This document shows, one piece after another, positions 8,413 to 18,123 of a stretch of DNA of 57,978 bases. Positions within the stretch are counted from its first letter, which is position 1. Every line of letters begins with the position of its first letter. Where the stretch lies: the NCBI GenBank assembly GCA_014729555.1, contig WJJT01000021.1, positions 1-57,978 of the forward strand, in the 5' to 3' direction. Position numbers and translations under genes: made by a program. Origin of the DNA: Candidatus Woesearchaeota archaeon (GTDB lineage: Archaea; Nanobdellota; Nanobdellia; Woesearchaeales; ARS49). The notes under the pieces are model-generated. The model was not told the origin of the DNA and searched no databases. It saw only the letters and a list, made by a program, of their open reading frames with translations.

Positions 8413-9564
8413 TTAGTCAACAAACTCTATGCCCAGCTCTTGTTCTATGTCTTTTTTTGCTTCTGTTGACATTTTTCTTGCTGGCCCGAATATCTGCGGT
8501 GACTTTACTCCTGTCACTATCAGCATTGTCCGCAAGTTGCCGCCTAAATCATCATAGATTTGTGCTCCCCAAATAATGCGTGCATCTTCAGACAGTTTTT
8601 GTGATATTGTCTCTACTACTTTTCTTGCTTCGTTTAGTTTCATGTCTTTTCCGCCGCATACGTTTATGAGTGCTCCTGATGCTCCTGTTATGTCTACATC
8701 CAGTAAGGGATTGCTTATTGCTTTTTCTACTGCTTCTACTGCCCTGTTTTCAGAGTCACTCTCGCCAACTCCAATTAAAGCTACTCCTCCATTGGACATG
8801 ACAGCGCGAATGTCTGCAAAATCTAAATTAACAAGTCCTGCGCGTGTAACCAGCTCAGCTATTCCCTTTACTGCATTGGTTAATATTTCATCTGCCACCT
8901 TGAATGCTGTGTGCAGCGGCAAATCAGGGGCAAGCTCTAGTAATTTATCATTTGGTATGACTATTAGTGTGTCTACAACATGCTCTAGTCTTTCTAGTCC
9001 TATAACTGCATTGTCATATCGCCTGTTGCCTTCCATTGTGAATGGCATGGTCACTATTCCTACTGTTAGTGCACCGCTTTTTTTGGCGATTTCAGCTATT
9101 ATTGGAGCACTGCCTGTTCCTGTTCCCCCGCCTAATCCGCACGTCACAAAGACCATGTCTGCCCCTTCTAGTGATTTTTTAATTTCGTGTTCGCTTTCGC
9201 GTGCTGCCTCTTCCCCTATTTTTGGGTCTGAGCCTGCTCCAAGCCCTTTTGTTACCTCTCTTCCTACAAGGATTTTCCTGTCTGCTGTTGTATACAGCAG
9301 GTCCTGTGCGTCTGTGTTTATTGCTATTGTTGCTGCGCCTTTTATTCCTACCTCTGTTATCCTGTTGATGGTGTTGTTTCCGCCTCCGCCTGCGCCGAAT
9401 ACTTTTATGCTTGCTTTTTGCTGTGTGAGAAGTTCTTCAAGTTCTTCGTCTTGTGATGTTTTTTGCCCTGCAGAAGGCTGTATTGTTTGCTGCTGAGGCT
9501 GCGGTGCTGAGTATGCACCTTCTTCAGAATTTACTGGTTTTATGAAATCCATTTTTTCTCCCAA
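8413..9564 (-). CDS. ftsZ: cell division GTPase FtsZ
   Basis: Tubulin signature FGAGGGGNNTINRI and GLGGGTGTGSAPIIAEIAK. Q-rich N-terminal extension of about 50 aa. Confidence 0.95.
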   Translation of the reverse strand: MGEKMDFIKPVNSEEGAYSAPQPQQQTIQPSAGQKTSQDEELEELLTQQKASIKVFGAGGGGNNTINRITEVGIKGAATIAINTDAQDLLYTTADRKILVGREVTKGLGAGSDPKIGEEAARESEHEIKKSLEGADMVFVTCGLGGGTGTGSAPIIAEIAKKSGALTVGIVTMPFTMEGNRRYDNAVIGLERLEHVVDTLIVIPNDKLLELAPDLPLHTAFKVADEILTNAVKGIAELVTRAGLVNLDFADIRAVMSNGGVALIGVGESDSENRAVEAVEKAISNPLLDVDITGASGALINVCGGKDMKLNEARKVVETISQKLSEDARIIWGAQIYDDLGGNLRTMLIVTGVKSPQIFGPARKMSTEAKKDIEQELGIEFVD

Positions 9565-9603
9565 ACCTGTTTTAAGGAAATAGAATGAACTAGTATATAT
9601 ACT

Positions 9604-10338
9604 TTATTGTGCTGGAGAAGGATTTTCTTTTGATGCCTGGTCTTTGGGTGTTTTTGCCTCTGTTTTCTCTTTTTTTGCTGTTTCCTGTTTTTTCTCCTCT
9701 TTTGTAAACTCTATATCGTCCAGCTTTACTAATTCTTTTATTTTTTTCTTGAGCTCCTCTTCCATCGGAGGCGGCAGTTTTGCTTTTAGCTCTATTGTTG
9801 CCTTGTTGTCTTTTATTTCTGTTTTTGTCTCTTTTATTCCCAACAACAGTTTTAATAGCGAATCTATCTGCTCTTTTTTGTCTGTCACGATTCTTTTTAT
9901 CTCGATTTCATAAACAAGGTCTTTGCCGGATAATGGGTGGTTAAAATCCACCAGAACTCTTCCGCTTGACACTGTTTTTACTGTTCCCATGGCATTGTCA
10001 ATGTTGATTTGCAGTCCTGGGAATGGTTTTATCTTGTTTTCTGTGAATTTTCTTTGCGGCACCATTTGTATTAGTTTTGCGTTTTTTTTCCCGAATGCTT
10101 TTTCTGCAGGCAGTTCTATTGTGTGTTTTCCTGGCTCTTTTCCCTGCAGTGCCTCGTCAAGCCCTGGCACTATCTGTTTCTCTCCAAGGCATATTATAAC
10201 AGGGCTGTATTCTGCGTTTGGATTGTGTATATCGTTGTCCTTTGCAGTTTGCTCTATGGTGGTGTCAAATACTGCGTTCTCATCCTTGAGCCTGCCTGTG
10301 TACTCGATTTCTATGAAGTCTCCTTTTTTTACTGCCAT
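9604..10338 (-). CDS. FKBP-type peptidyl-prolyl cis-trans isomerase (SlyD-like, with K/E-rich tail)
   Basis: MAVKKGDFIEIEYTGRL..., IVPGLDEALQGKEPG and VDFNHPLSGKDLVYEIEI are FKBP plus insert-in-flap motifs. I chose the internal ATG at 10338, which removes the overlap with cmk. The track ORF extends to 10386. Confidence 0.85.
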   Translation of the reverse strand: MAVKKGDFIEIEYTGRLKDENAVFDTTIEQTAKDNDIHNPNAEYSPVIICLGEKQIVPGLDEALQGKEPGKHTIELPAEKAFGKKNAKLIQMVPQRKFTENKIKPFPGLQINIDNAMGTVKTVSSGRVLVDFNHPLSGKDLVYEIEIKRIVTDKKEQIDSLLKLLLGIKETKTEIKDNKATIELKAKLPPPMEEELKKKIKELVKLDDIEFTKEEKKQETAKKEKTEAKTPKDQASKENPSPAQ

Positions 10339-10342
10339 TTTT

Positions 10343-10900
10343 TTATTTAATGTTGTGTTCTTTAATAAATTTATCCACCATGTCAAGGACAGCGTCTATT
10401 CCTTCCTGATGTTTTGTGGGTGTTGTGTCAAATATTATGTCGTATTGTGATTCATCTGTTACATCAATGCCGTAGTATTTCTGGTATCTCTCTTTCTCGC
10501 TCTGCCTTCGCTCAAGAACGTGTTTTTTGGCCTCTTCAATATCTGTCTCTCCCTCCTCTCCTGTTTGTTTTCTTTTGATGACTCTTCTTGCTGCCTCTTC
10601 TGGATCCACTTTCAGGTATATCTTGATTGATTTTGGTATGAAGTGGAATGCTATTCTTGAGTCAATCACAAAATTGTCTTCTTTTTCTGCAAGCTCTTTT
10701 GTCTTGGCGTCTATTTCCTTGTCAATTGCTGGGTCTTTTTCAGCCAGTTTGTTCAGCTCTAAGAGGCTTATGCCTTTTTCTTTTGCCATCTCTCGCATCA
10801 GGTCTCCTGCAGAATACCTCTTCAGCCCGTATTTTTTTGCTGCGTCATCTGCAACTACTGATTTTCCGCTTCCCAGCTCTCCTGCTATTGTGATTATCAT
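10343..10900 (-). CDS. cmk: cytidylate kinase, archaeal type
   Basis: P-loop IAGELGSGKS. SAGDLMREMAKEKGISLLELNKLAEKDPAIDKEID and ERYQKYYGIDVTDESQYD match the archaeal CMP kinase pattern. Confidence 0.8.
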   Translation of the reverse strand: MIITIAGELGSGKSVVADDAAKKYGLKRYSAGDLMREMAKEKGISLLELNKLAEKDPAIDKEIDAKTKELAEKEDNFVIDSRIAFHFIPKSIKIYLKVDPEEAARRVIKRKQTGEEGETDIEEAKKHVLERRQSEKERYQKYYGIDVTDESQYDIIFDTTPTKHQEGIDAVLDMVDKFIKEHNIK

Positions 10901-10999
10901 GTTTTTTGAGGGATTTCTATTCCTTTATAATGTTTTTGGTCACAAGCTTTTTAAATTAACAGTATTTTCTTTAAAATACATTCGTGGAGGAAGACAAAA

Positions 11000-11233
11000 A
11001 TGATTGATTTAACATCTGGGACCTTTACAGACCGCAGAGAAGAAACTAAGGAAGAGGCAGACGCTGCAACTCTTCATGCAACTGTAGAGTCTGCGTATTT
11101 GCTTGGTTTTACACCAAAAGAAATTTCTGAACATATTGCAAAAGATCCTGAGCTAAAAGCAATACAGGACAGCATGGGCTGCATATATAAAGCAGAAGAT
11201 AATTCAGGCAGGTTTGATTATTCTTTGTTTTGA
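11000..11233 (+). CDS. hypothetical small protein
   Basis: 77-aa ORF with an ATG start. No recognisable motif. Confidence 0.4.
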   Translation: MIDLTSGTFTDRREETKEEADAATLHATVESAYLLGFTPKEISEHIAKDPELKAIQDSMGCIYKAEDNSGRFDYSLF

Positions 11234-11291
11234 TTAACAAATTTTATATACTTATTTCTTTTTCTTTCTGAAAATCAGGGGGTAAGTTAAA

Positions 11292-11759
11292 ATGGTGAGT
11301 GGAAAGCATAAGGCATATGAACACGCAGAACCTTTAGAGGATTCTTTGGCAAATGATACCAGTACAGCTGCTTTTGAATTAAAACTAAACAGCAGGGAAG
11401 ACGCCAGTATTGGTAATACTTTTATTACTGTGGAAGGCAGAAGGTTTTATAGAAAAACAATCAATCGTTTGGTTGCTGAAGCAAGGGATCCAAAAAAAGA
11501 TGCTGTCTTTCTTTTTAGGTATGATGGTGAAACACCGCAACCTGTAGAAGTGAATGAAAACACATATGTTGGCCTTCTTAAACTGGCGGGCAGAGGCGGT
11601 TTTAAGCGTTTTATTGTTTATGATTTTGAGGATAAAAAGCTAAAACACAGGGTAAAAGAAGCAAGAATTAAGCTTGAAACACTGCCTCATGAGCAGGAAG
11701 GCCTGGATGATACCTACCTTGATGATATTACAGAACTTGAAGAGCCCTGCGAGTATTAG
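11292..11759 (+). CDS. hypothetical protein
   Basis: 155-aa ORF. GGGGGT SD-like site 8 nt upstream and TATA-like TTTTATATA near 11243. No recognisable motif. Confidence 0.55.
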   Translation: MVSGKHKAYEHAEPLEDSLANDTSTAAFELKLNSREDASIGNTFITVEGRRFYRKTINRLVAEARDPKKDAVFLFRYDGETPQPVEVNENTYVGLLKLAGRGGFKRFIVYDFEDKKLKHRVKEARIKLETLPHEQEGLDDTYLDDITELEEPCEY

Positions 11760-11769
11760 AATTCGTAAG

Positions 11770-11778
11770 TTTTATAAA
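11770..11778 (+). promoter_or_regulatory. TATA-box-like element of the thermosome gene
   Basis: TTTTATAAA lies 43-51 nt upstream of the ATG at 11821. A GGGGGGA SD-like run sits at 11808-11814. Confidence 0.45.
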
Positions 11779-11820
11779 CAACCTCTTACTCGGTTTTTCT
11801 TGTAAATGGGGGGATGAAAA

Positions 11821-13461
11821 ATGTCTAAAGATGTACAGCCTATATTCATATTACCAGAAGGCACTCAAAGAAGCAGTGGAAAGTCTGCTCAGAAGAACAA
11901 TATTATGGCTGCAAAGCTTGTTGCAGAGGCAGTCAAGACAACTCTTGGGCCAAAGGGTATGGACAAGATGCTTGTTGACGGCATGGGGGATATTACTGTG
12001 ACAAATGATGGTGTCACTATTCTCGAAGAGATGCAGGTCGAGCACCCTGCTGCCAAGATGGTTGTTGAGGTTGCAAAGACGCAGGAGGCAGAGATTGGTG
12101 ATGGCACAACCACTGCTGTTGTTATTGCAGGTGAACTGCTGAAGCAGGCAGAGTCTCTGCTTGAGCAGAACGTGCACCCGACTGTTATTGTGCGGGGTTA
12201 CCGCCAGGCTGCGGTTAAGGCTCATGAAATACTGCAGGATATTGCTGTCAAGGTCACTGAAAAAGACGAGTCTATACTAAAAAAGGTTGCTATGACTGCT
12301 ATTTATGGAAAGGGTGCTGAGTCTGCAAAGGAAACTCTAAGCACTATCGCGATAAAAGCAGTAAAGAAAGTCATTGACAAGACTGATTCTGAGATTTCTT
12401 TTAATACAGAGCACATTAAGCTTGAGAAAAAAGTTGGTGGAAGTGTTGAGGAAACTAATCTTATTGACGGTGTTGTGATAGAGAAAGAGATTGTTCATCC
12501 TGGAATGCCTAAGATCGTGAGCAATGCAAAGATTGCCTTGCTTGATTCTCCTATTGAGATTAAGGATACTGAGATTGATGCAAAGATTTCAATTACAGAT
12601 CCAAGGCAGATGCAGGCTTTTATTGAGCAGGAGGAGCAGATGATTTCTGCACTTGTGGAAAAGGTTGCAAAGTCAGGCGCTAATGTTGTTTTCTGCCAAA
12701 AGGGCATTGATGATATTGCACAGCATTTTCTTGCAAAGAAAGGAGTTCTTGCTGCAAGAAGGGTGAAAAAGAGTGATATGGGCGCTATTTCACGGGCTAC
12801 TGGTGCAAGGATTGTCACTAATTTTGATGACCTGGCTGCCAAGGACCTTGGCAAGGCAGGTCTTATTGAGGAAAAGAAAGTTGGTGATGAGGAATTGATT
12901 TTTGTGACTGGCTGCAAAAATCCCAAGTCTGTGACTGTTCTTGTGAGAGGGGGCACAGAGCATATTGTGGATGAGGTTAAGCGTGCCATGACAGATGCTA
13001 TTGGTGATGTTGCTTCTGCCTTGAGGCAGGGCAAGGTTGTGGGCGGTGCTGGCTCTCCTGAGATAGAGGTTGCAAAGCGCTTGAGAAAATTTGCTAATTC
13101 CTTGTCAGGCAGGGAGCAGCTTGCTGTTCTTGCTTTTGCCAATGCATTAGAGGTTATTCCAAGGACTCTTGCTGAGAATGCTGGTCTTGACCCGATTAAT
13201 GTCTTGACTGACTTAAAGGCTGCTCATGACCAGAAAAAGCTGTGGGCAGGCATTAATGTTTTTACTGGCAAGACTGTTGATGCCTGGAATGCTGGTGTTA
13301 TTGAGCCTCTGCAGATCAAGACTCAGGCTGTCAGCTCTGCTTCAGAGGTTGCTGAGATGATTTTAAGGATTGATGATGTTATTGCTTCTGGAAAATCAGC
13401 AGCTCCTTCCCAAGCAGGCGGAGGCATGGGCATGCCGCAGGGAATGCCTCCAATGGGTTGA
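11821..13461 (+). CDS. ths: thermosome subunit (group II chaperonin)
   Basis: [23 protein letters not shown] and [19 protein letters not shown]-type C-terminal tail [14 protein letters not shown]. Confidence 0.95.
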   Translation: MSKDVQPIFILPEGTQRSSGKSAQKNNIMAAKLVAEAVKTTLGPKGMDKMLVDGMGDITVTNDGVTILEEMQVEHPAAKMVVEVAKTQEAEIGDGTTTAVVIAGELLKQAESLLEQNVHPTVIVRGYRQAAVKAHEILQDIAVKVTEKDESILKKVAMTAIYGKGAESAKETLSTIAIKAVKKVIDKTDSEISFNTEHIKLEKKVGGSVEETNLIDGVVIEKEIVHPGMPKIVSNAKIALLDSPIEIKDTEIDAKISITDPRQMQAFIEQEEQMISALVEKVAKSGANVVFCQKGIDDIAQHFLAKKGVLAARRVKKSDMGAISRATGARIVTNFDDLAAKDLGKAGLIEEKKVGDEELIFVTGCKNPKSVTVLVRGGTEHIVDEVKRAMTDAIGDVASALRQGKVVGGAGSPEIEVAKRLRKFANSLSGREQLAVLAFANALEVIPRTLAENAGLDPINVLTDLKAAHDQKKLWAGINVFTGKTVDAWNAGVIEPLQIKTQAVSSASEVAEMILRIDDVIASGKSAAPSQAGGGMGMPQGMPPMG

Positions 13462-13565
13462 GTGATTCAAAAGATTGGAAATACACAGCATTTCAAAATT
13501 CCCAAAAAAATGCGAAATATTTATAAACACCATATATTTTAAAGTATATAAAAGATGGTGATATA

Positions 13566-14228
13566 ATGGTCAAAAAAGCTAAACATACTTCTACTGAAAC
13601 AGAAGAGTACGAGCTTCTGCCGCACAAGGAGATTGAAGAGCTTAAGGAAGAATTGAGAAAGCTCAAGGAGTTTGAAATTACGCCTACAAAAAAATTGCGT
13701 ATTTCTCTTATTGAATTAAACAAGAAGCTGGATAAGCTGCTTCAGGTTTTTGATGAAGCAAGACGTGACATAAGAACAGAGGAGATTGGCCTGGGTTTTA
13801 AGGAAAAGATGAAGCCTATTGTTGAAAAGATGGATAGGCTGTTGGAGCAGCAGTCTGATATTGCAGAGGGAATGGTTGCTCTGTCAGATATTGTGAAAGG
13901 CATGAAAAAAGAAAAGCCAGAGCTTGAGCCTAAGCCTGAGATGCCTTCAGAAATGCCTGAGAGGCCTCTTGGCCCGCCTTCAAGCACAATGGGCAGGCCT
14001 GCTGGCCCGCCAAGGCCGCCGTCTGGACCGCCTATGCCCCAAAAGCAAGGGCCGCCGCCAGTGCCTCCCCGTCCGGGAATGCCTCAAAGACCTCCTGCTC
14101 CTACACCACCTCCTCCAAGGCCTGGACCTCCTGCGCCTTCTGCTGGAGCACCCCCTCCACCCAGGGCTGCACCGCCTTCACGGGCTCCGCCAAAGCCGCC
14201 TAGGAAAAAAAGATTTGGAATAATATGA
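13566..14228 (+). CDS. coiled-coil protein with extreme proline-rich C-terminal half (hypothetical)
   Basis: 220-aa ORF with GGTGAT SD 5 nt upstream. The N-terminal 115 aa is helical and K/E-rich. I count 44 Pro in the last 103 residues. It ends KKRFGII. Confidence 0.65.
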   Translation: MVKKAKHTSTETEEYELLPHKEIEELKEELRKLKEFEITPTKKLRISLIELNKKLDKLLQVFDEARRDIRTEEIGLGFKEKMKPIVEKMDRLLEQQSDIAEGMVALSDIVKGMKKEKPELEPKPEMPSEMPERPLGPPSSTMGRPAGPPRPPSGPPMPQKQGPPPVPPRPGMPQRPPAPTPPPPRPGPPAPSAGAPPPPRAAPPSRAPPKPPRKKRFGII

Positions 14229-14758
14229 TTTCTTCAGATGTTGATCTGGATAAAACAAGGACTCTGCTTCTCTATCTTAGCCTGGCAAAGCACAAGATTG
14301 ATCAGAGGGAGATTGCAAAGCAAAAGCTTGCTGCCCAGATTTCTGCCTTGAAAAAGATAAGCACAAAGTCTGTCAAAAAGCATGTTGCTGACCTGGAAAA
14401 AGATATTGCAGAGGCCATACAAAAAGAGAGGAATATTATCAGCACTCAAAAGACAGAGGATGAGCAGCATCAGGAACTGGTCAGCAAGATTGACATGCTT
14501 GAAGCCAAGCTTGGCAAGTATCTTGAGACAAAAGAAGCAAGGAAAAAGCGCATTCTTGAGCTTGAGGCAAAGATAAAGAAGAAGATGGCTTCAAGAAAAG
14601 AGAAGCTTGCTGGCTTAAAAGACTCTATTAAAAGTCTTGAAAAGCTTTATTCTTCTGCAAAAAAGGACAAGAAAGTCTCCAGAAAGCGTTTAAAGTCTAT
14701 AGAAGCCAAGATAAAAAATCTTAAGAAAAAGTTAAAAAAGAAAGCAGAAGAATTATAG
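14225..14758 (+). CDS. basic coiled-coil protein (hypothetical)
   Basis: 177-aa ORF overlapping the previous stop by ATGA. Heptad-like K/E/L-rich sequence throughout. Confidence 0.6.
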   Translation: MISSDVDLDKTRTLLLYLSLAKHKIDQREIAKQKLAAQISALKKISTKSVKKHVADLEKDIAEAIQKERNIISTQKTEDEQHQELVSKIDMLEAKLGKYLETKEARKKRILELEAKIKKKMASRKEKLAGLKDSIKSLEKLYSSAKKDKKVSRKRLKSIEAKIKNLKKKLKKKAEEL

Positions 14759-14914
14759 GTCTTTTGCCATTACTGTTCTTCTGTTGTTTGCTTTTGCCCT
14801 CTCCACAGCGTCTTTTACCAGCTGCTCTACTTTCTTGTCAAGTGCTTCAGCAAAGTCACTGGATACATTTGCTTCGCCTATTACTTCTTTTATCTTTGCT
14901 TTTACTATCAACAT
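14753..14914 (-). CDS. small histone-fold-like protein (DUF1931-like)
   Basis: MLIVKAKIKEVIGEANVSSDFAEALDKKVEQLVKDAVERAKANNRRTVMAKDL resembles the roughly 55-aa DUF1931 family. GAGGTGG SD lies 6 nt upstream of the internal ATG at 14914. The longer track ORF (to 15028) would overlap gltX. Confidence 0.6.
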   Translation of the reverse strand: MLIVKAKIKEVIGEANVSSDFAEALDKKVEQLVKDAVERAKANNRRTVMAKDL

Positions 14915-15014
14915 TTTTTCCACCTCACTTATGGTAATATAAAATTTTAGCCTCTTATATTTAAATATTGCGCTAATTCGCTTGATTTGCGCTATTAGCG
15001 CCTTGCAGGGTCTT

Positions 15015-16718
15015 TTATCTGTGAGCAAACCAGAATTTTAGTGTTTTTCCTTTTTTTGCGTCTAACCTGCAGAAGCCGAATCTCTCTAGCTGCACTATGT
15101 CTCCGACTTTGAGCCTGCTTAATCCTGCCTCTCCAAGCCCTTTTGCTGTTGTCTTGTCTGGCATTAGCACTTCTACTTCAACAAGGTCTTTTGAGACCGG
15201 AAGCCAGTGCATTATCATCTCGCCTTTTTCTTTGTAATCCTTGTATGCTTTGCTTTCAAAAACAAGTTCTTTTCCTTTTTTCTTGAAATTAAGGCAGTCC
15301 ATCAATCGATACAATTTGTTTGTTTTTAGGCTTGCATAGTCTTGTTTTGAAAGGTAGAATTTTTCATGGCAGTTGAATGTTCTTTTGCCTTTTCCCGGGT
15401 GTTCTGGGTGGAGGTTTATCTCGACTTTTTGTTCTGGTGCTTGTTTGATTGCTGCCTCTGCCGGGTCTTTTACAAAAAAGTACCTGTTTGAGACTGGGTC
15501 TATTATTTCCTTGTTAAATGCAGCCAGTGTCATGAAGAATTCCTCTTTTGTCACTGTTTTGTCTGTCTGGGTTAAGCCAATGTCTAGTGCGAATTTGATG
15601 AGCGCTCCTGGCTGGAATCCTCTTCTTCTTAGTGCCGGCATGAACGGAAGTCTTATGTCATCCCAGTCATCATATTCTCCATATTCTATTTTTTTCTTTG
15701 TTTTTGAGCAGCTTAGTTCAAGGCCTATGAAGTTTATTCTGCCCCAGTTAATGTATGCAGGGCGTTTCCATTTGAAATAGTCAAAGATGTATTTCTGTCT
15801 TTTTGCACCGTCTGCGTGCTCTTTTCCGTTTATTACGTGTGTTAGCCCTAATAAATGGTCGTCTATTGCAACGCTGAAGTTCATCAGGGGCCATACGCGG
15901 TGTTTTGTTCCCTGTCTTGGGTGCACATGTTCATTTATTCTCATTGCAGGCCAGTCCCGCATTGCAGGATTCTTGTGCGCAACATCTGTTTTAATCCTGC
16001 ACACCGCCTCTCCTGGCTTGTACTCCCCGAACATCTTTGCCCATCTTTCGCCCTGGTCTTTAACAGGCAGGTCCCTGCAAGGGCATGCTTTTTTCTTTAT
16101 TATTAATTCCCTGAACTCATCTGGGTCGCAGGTGCAGACATATGCGTGGCCTGCAGCAATTAATTTTTCCATGTGGTTATAGTAGTGTCCAAGCCTGTCT
16201 GATTGGATTATCACTTCTGAAACATTATTTTTTGTGAGCCAGTTTGCGTCTGTTGGCACTAGTTCATATCCTGGTTCGTATATGTTTGCTGGATCTGTGT
16301 CTTCAATTCGCAGTATCAGTTTGCCGTTGTACATTCTTGCGTATTCAGAATTAATGCTTAAACCGTATGCATGTCCCAGGTGCAGCGGTCCTGATGGTGA
16401 TGGAGCAAATCTAACTGCCACATTTCCTTTTTCAGCATCTTTTAGCGGTTTTAGCCCTGTTCTTTTTTCTTTTGGTTTTTCTTCGAGCAGCTCTGGGGCT
16501 CTTTTTTCCAGTTCTTTTTTTTGTTTTTCTGGCCCTAATTTGTTGACTTCAGATATGATTGCGCTTATTTCCTTGCTTAGTGTCTTTAGTTCTTTTTTGA
16601 GTTCTGGGTGTTCTGCAAGGAGTTTTCCGATTACAGCACCCTGGTTTGCTTTTCCATTGTATTTGAAGGCGTTTTGCAGTGCCCAGTTCTTTATGTCTTC
16701 TTTTATTTGCTTGTCCAT
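15015..16718 (-). CDS. gltX: glutamyl-tRNA synthetase (archaeal/eukaryal type)
   Basis: HIGH motif RFAPSPSGPLHLGHA. KMSKS-like LELSCSKTKKK. N-terminal NAFKYNGKANQGAVIGKLL is typical of archaeal GluRS. Start set at MDKQIKED. Confidence 0.9.
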   Translation of the reverse strand: MDKQIKEDIKNWALQNAFKYNGKANQGAVIGKLLAEHPELKKELKTLSKEISAIISEVNKLGPEKQKKELEKRAPELLEEKPKEKRTGLKPLKDAEKGNVAVRFAPSPSGPLHLGHAYGLSINSEYARMYNGKLILRIEDTDPANIYEPGYELVPTDANWLTKNNVSEVIIQSDRLGHYYNHMEKLIAAGHAYVCTCDPDEFRELIIKKKACPCRDLPVKDQGERWAKMFGEYKPGEAVCRIKTDVAHKNPAMRDWPAMRINEHVHPRQGTKHRVWPLMNFSVAIDDHLLGLTHVINGKEHADGAKRQKYIFDYFKWKRPAYINWGRINFIGLELSCSKTKKKIEYGEYDDWDDIRLPFMPALRRRGFQPGALIKFALDIGLTQTDKTVTKEEFFMTLAAFNKEIIDPVSNRYFFVKDPAEAAIKQAPEQKVEINLHPEHPGKGKRTFNCHEKFYLSKQDYASLKTNKLYRLMDCLNFKKKGKELVFESKAYKDYKEKGEMIMHWLPVSKDLVEVEVLMPDKTTAKGLGEAGLSRLKVGDIVQLERFGFCRLDAKKGKTLKFWFAHR

Positions 16719-16817
16719 GACATATACTTTAAAAGCATAGTATTTAAACTTTATCACAAAACATAAATATGAGTTCTTTATTATGTGTTTTATATTCGGC
16801 TAATAAGGGGGATATTT

Positions 16818-18056
16818 ATGAAGAAGAGTAAAAAGCACACCAAAAATAAAGAAGAGTATTATAAGTTGGACAAGAAAACAATGGGCTATGCCTTGCTTGG
16901 CTTGATTGTTGTGTTGATAATTGCAGGGCTTTTCTATTATGATGTCATAGAATTGCCTGAATCAAAAGAGGGAAAAAAAGAAAAGAAAATTCTGGATAAT
17001 TTCACAGTTCCTGTTGGTGCTCCTGAAGTAGAGCTTTATGTGATTGAGAACTCTGACTGCAGGGAATGCATTAATGCCTCTCAGGTTATTGAGATTATAA
17101 AGGGTGCTCCCACTCTTGATGTAACGTCTGATAAGATTATTGAGTATGACTCTGACGAGGGCAAAGACCTTATTGAGGAGTATGAGCTCAAGAGGCTGCC
17201 TGCTTTTGTTCTGAAGATTACTTCAGAAGAGAAGCTTGAAGAGGCTGTCCCTCCTTTTGAAAAAAGGAATGGTGATATGGTTTATGATATGACTCCCCCG
17301 CCTTATTACGATGTTAAGGAGGGCGAGATAAAAGGCGTCATATCTGTCATTAAGCTTGTGAATCCTGGCTGTGAGGACTGCTTTGATCTTGATGCACTGA
17401 TGAAAAACCTTAAGATGTTTGGCCTGGCGATTAGTGAGGAAAAGACTGTTGAATATGATAGTGAGGAGGGAGAGGATCTTGTTGAAAAGTATGAGATAAC
17501 AAAGGTTCCTACTTTGATATTTTCCAGTGATGCTGCAGAGTATGATCAGATCAGCGGCGCCTGGGCTGATATTGGCTCTACAGAGGATGACGGCAGGATG
17601 GTGTTGAGGACAGTTAACCCGCCTTACTATGATCTTGAGACAAGTTCTGTTAAGGGTGTTGTTTCAATCACTCACCTGACTGATGAAAGCTGTGACAAAT
17701 GCTTTGATACAAGCATGATCAAGGACATGTTTGAGAATCAGCTTATGATGCAGTATGGAATTGAAAAGACTGTTGATGTGTCCAGTGAAGAGGGCAAGGA
17801 TATTCTTGAGAAGTATGGCATAACAAAGGTTCCTACAGTTGTCCTGTCAAGTGATGCAGGTGAATATCCTGGGGTCGCAAATGTATGGGACCAGATAGGC
17901 GTTGTTATGGATGGTGAGCATGTCATTACAAAGCTTGAGACTATTCCTGGCGTTGTTTACAAGAATCTGGAAACAGGCGAGATAATCGGCCTTGAGGAAG
18001 AGAATTCAGGAGAGGATTCTGAAGAAGAAACCAGTGATGGCAATGAGACTGCCTGA
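16818..18056 (+). CDS. signal-anchored protein with three tandem thioredoxin-fold CxxC domains
   Basis: TM anchor MGYALLGLIVVLIIAGLFYY. Three repeats of about 100 aa each have a CxxC (CREC, CEDC, CDKC) and a conserved E(K/E)YxI(T/K)(K/R)(V/L)P(T/A) strand (EEYELKRLPAFVL, EKYEITKVPTLIF, EKYGITKVPTVVL). GGGGGAT SD lies upstream of the ATG at 16818. Confidence 0.75.
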   Translation: MKKSKKHTKNKEEYYKLDKKTMGYALLGLIVVLIIAGLFYYDVIELPESKEGKKEKKILDNFTVPVGAPEVELYVIENSDCRECINASQVIEIIKGAPTLDVTSDKIIEYDSDEGKDLIEEYELKRLPAFVLKITSEEKLEEAVPPFEKRNGDMVYDMTPPPYYDVKEGEIKGVISVIKLVNPGCEDCFDLDALMKNLKMFGLAISEEKTVEYDSEEGEDLVEKYEITKVPTLIFSSDAAEYDQISGAWADIGSTEDDGRMVLRTVNPPYYDLETSSVKGVVSITHLTDESCDKCFDTSMIKDMFENQLMMQYGIEKTVDVSSEEGKDILEKYGITKVPTVVLSSDAGEYPGVANVWDQIGVVMDGEHVITKLETIPGVVYKNLETGEIIGLEEENSGEDSEEETSDGNETA

Positions 18057-18123
18057 TTTTTTTATCTTTTTTCCTTATTATTTCCATAAGTTTTAAAAGC
18101 TGGTCGAGTTTCTGAAATCTATA

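Noticed and set aside
8576-9496. 306-aa plus-strand ORF
   Set aside because: Antisense shadow of ftsZ. It has S/A/P-rich low-complexity translation and no start context.
12495-13142. 215-aa minus-strand ORF
   Set aside because: Antisense shadow inside the thermosome gene, which is certain.
9604-16757. Longer N-terminal versions given by the ORF track for FKBP (10386), the DUF1931-like gene (15028) and gltX (16757)
   Set aside because: Internal ATGs with SD-like sites reproduce the conserved family N-termini and remove the overlaps with neighbouring genes.
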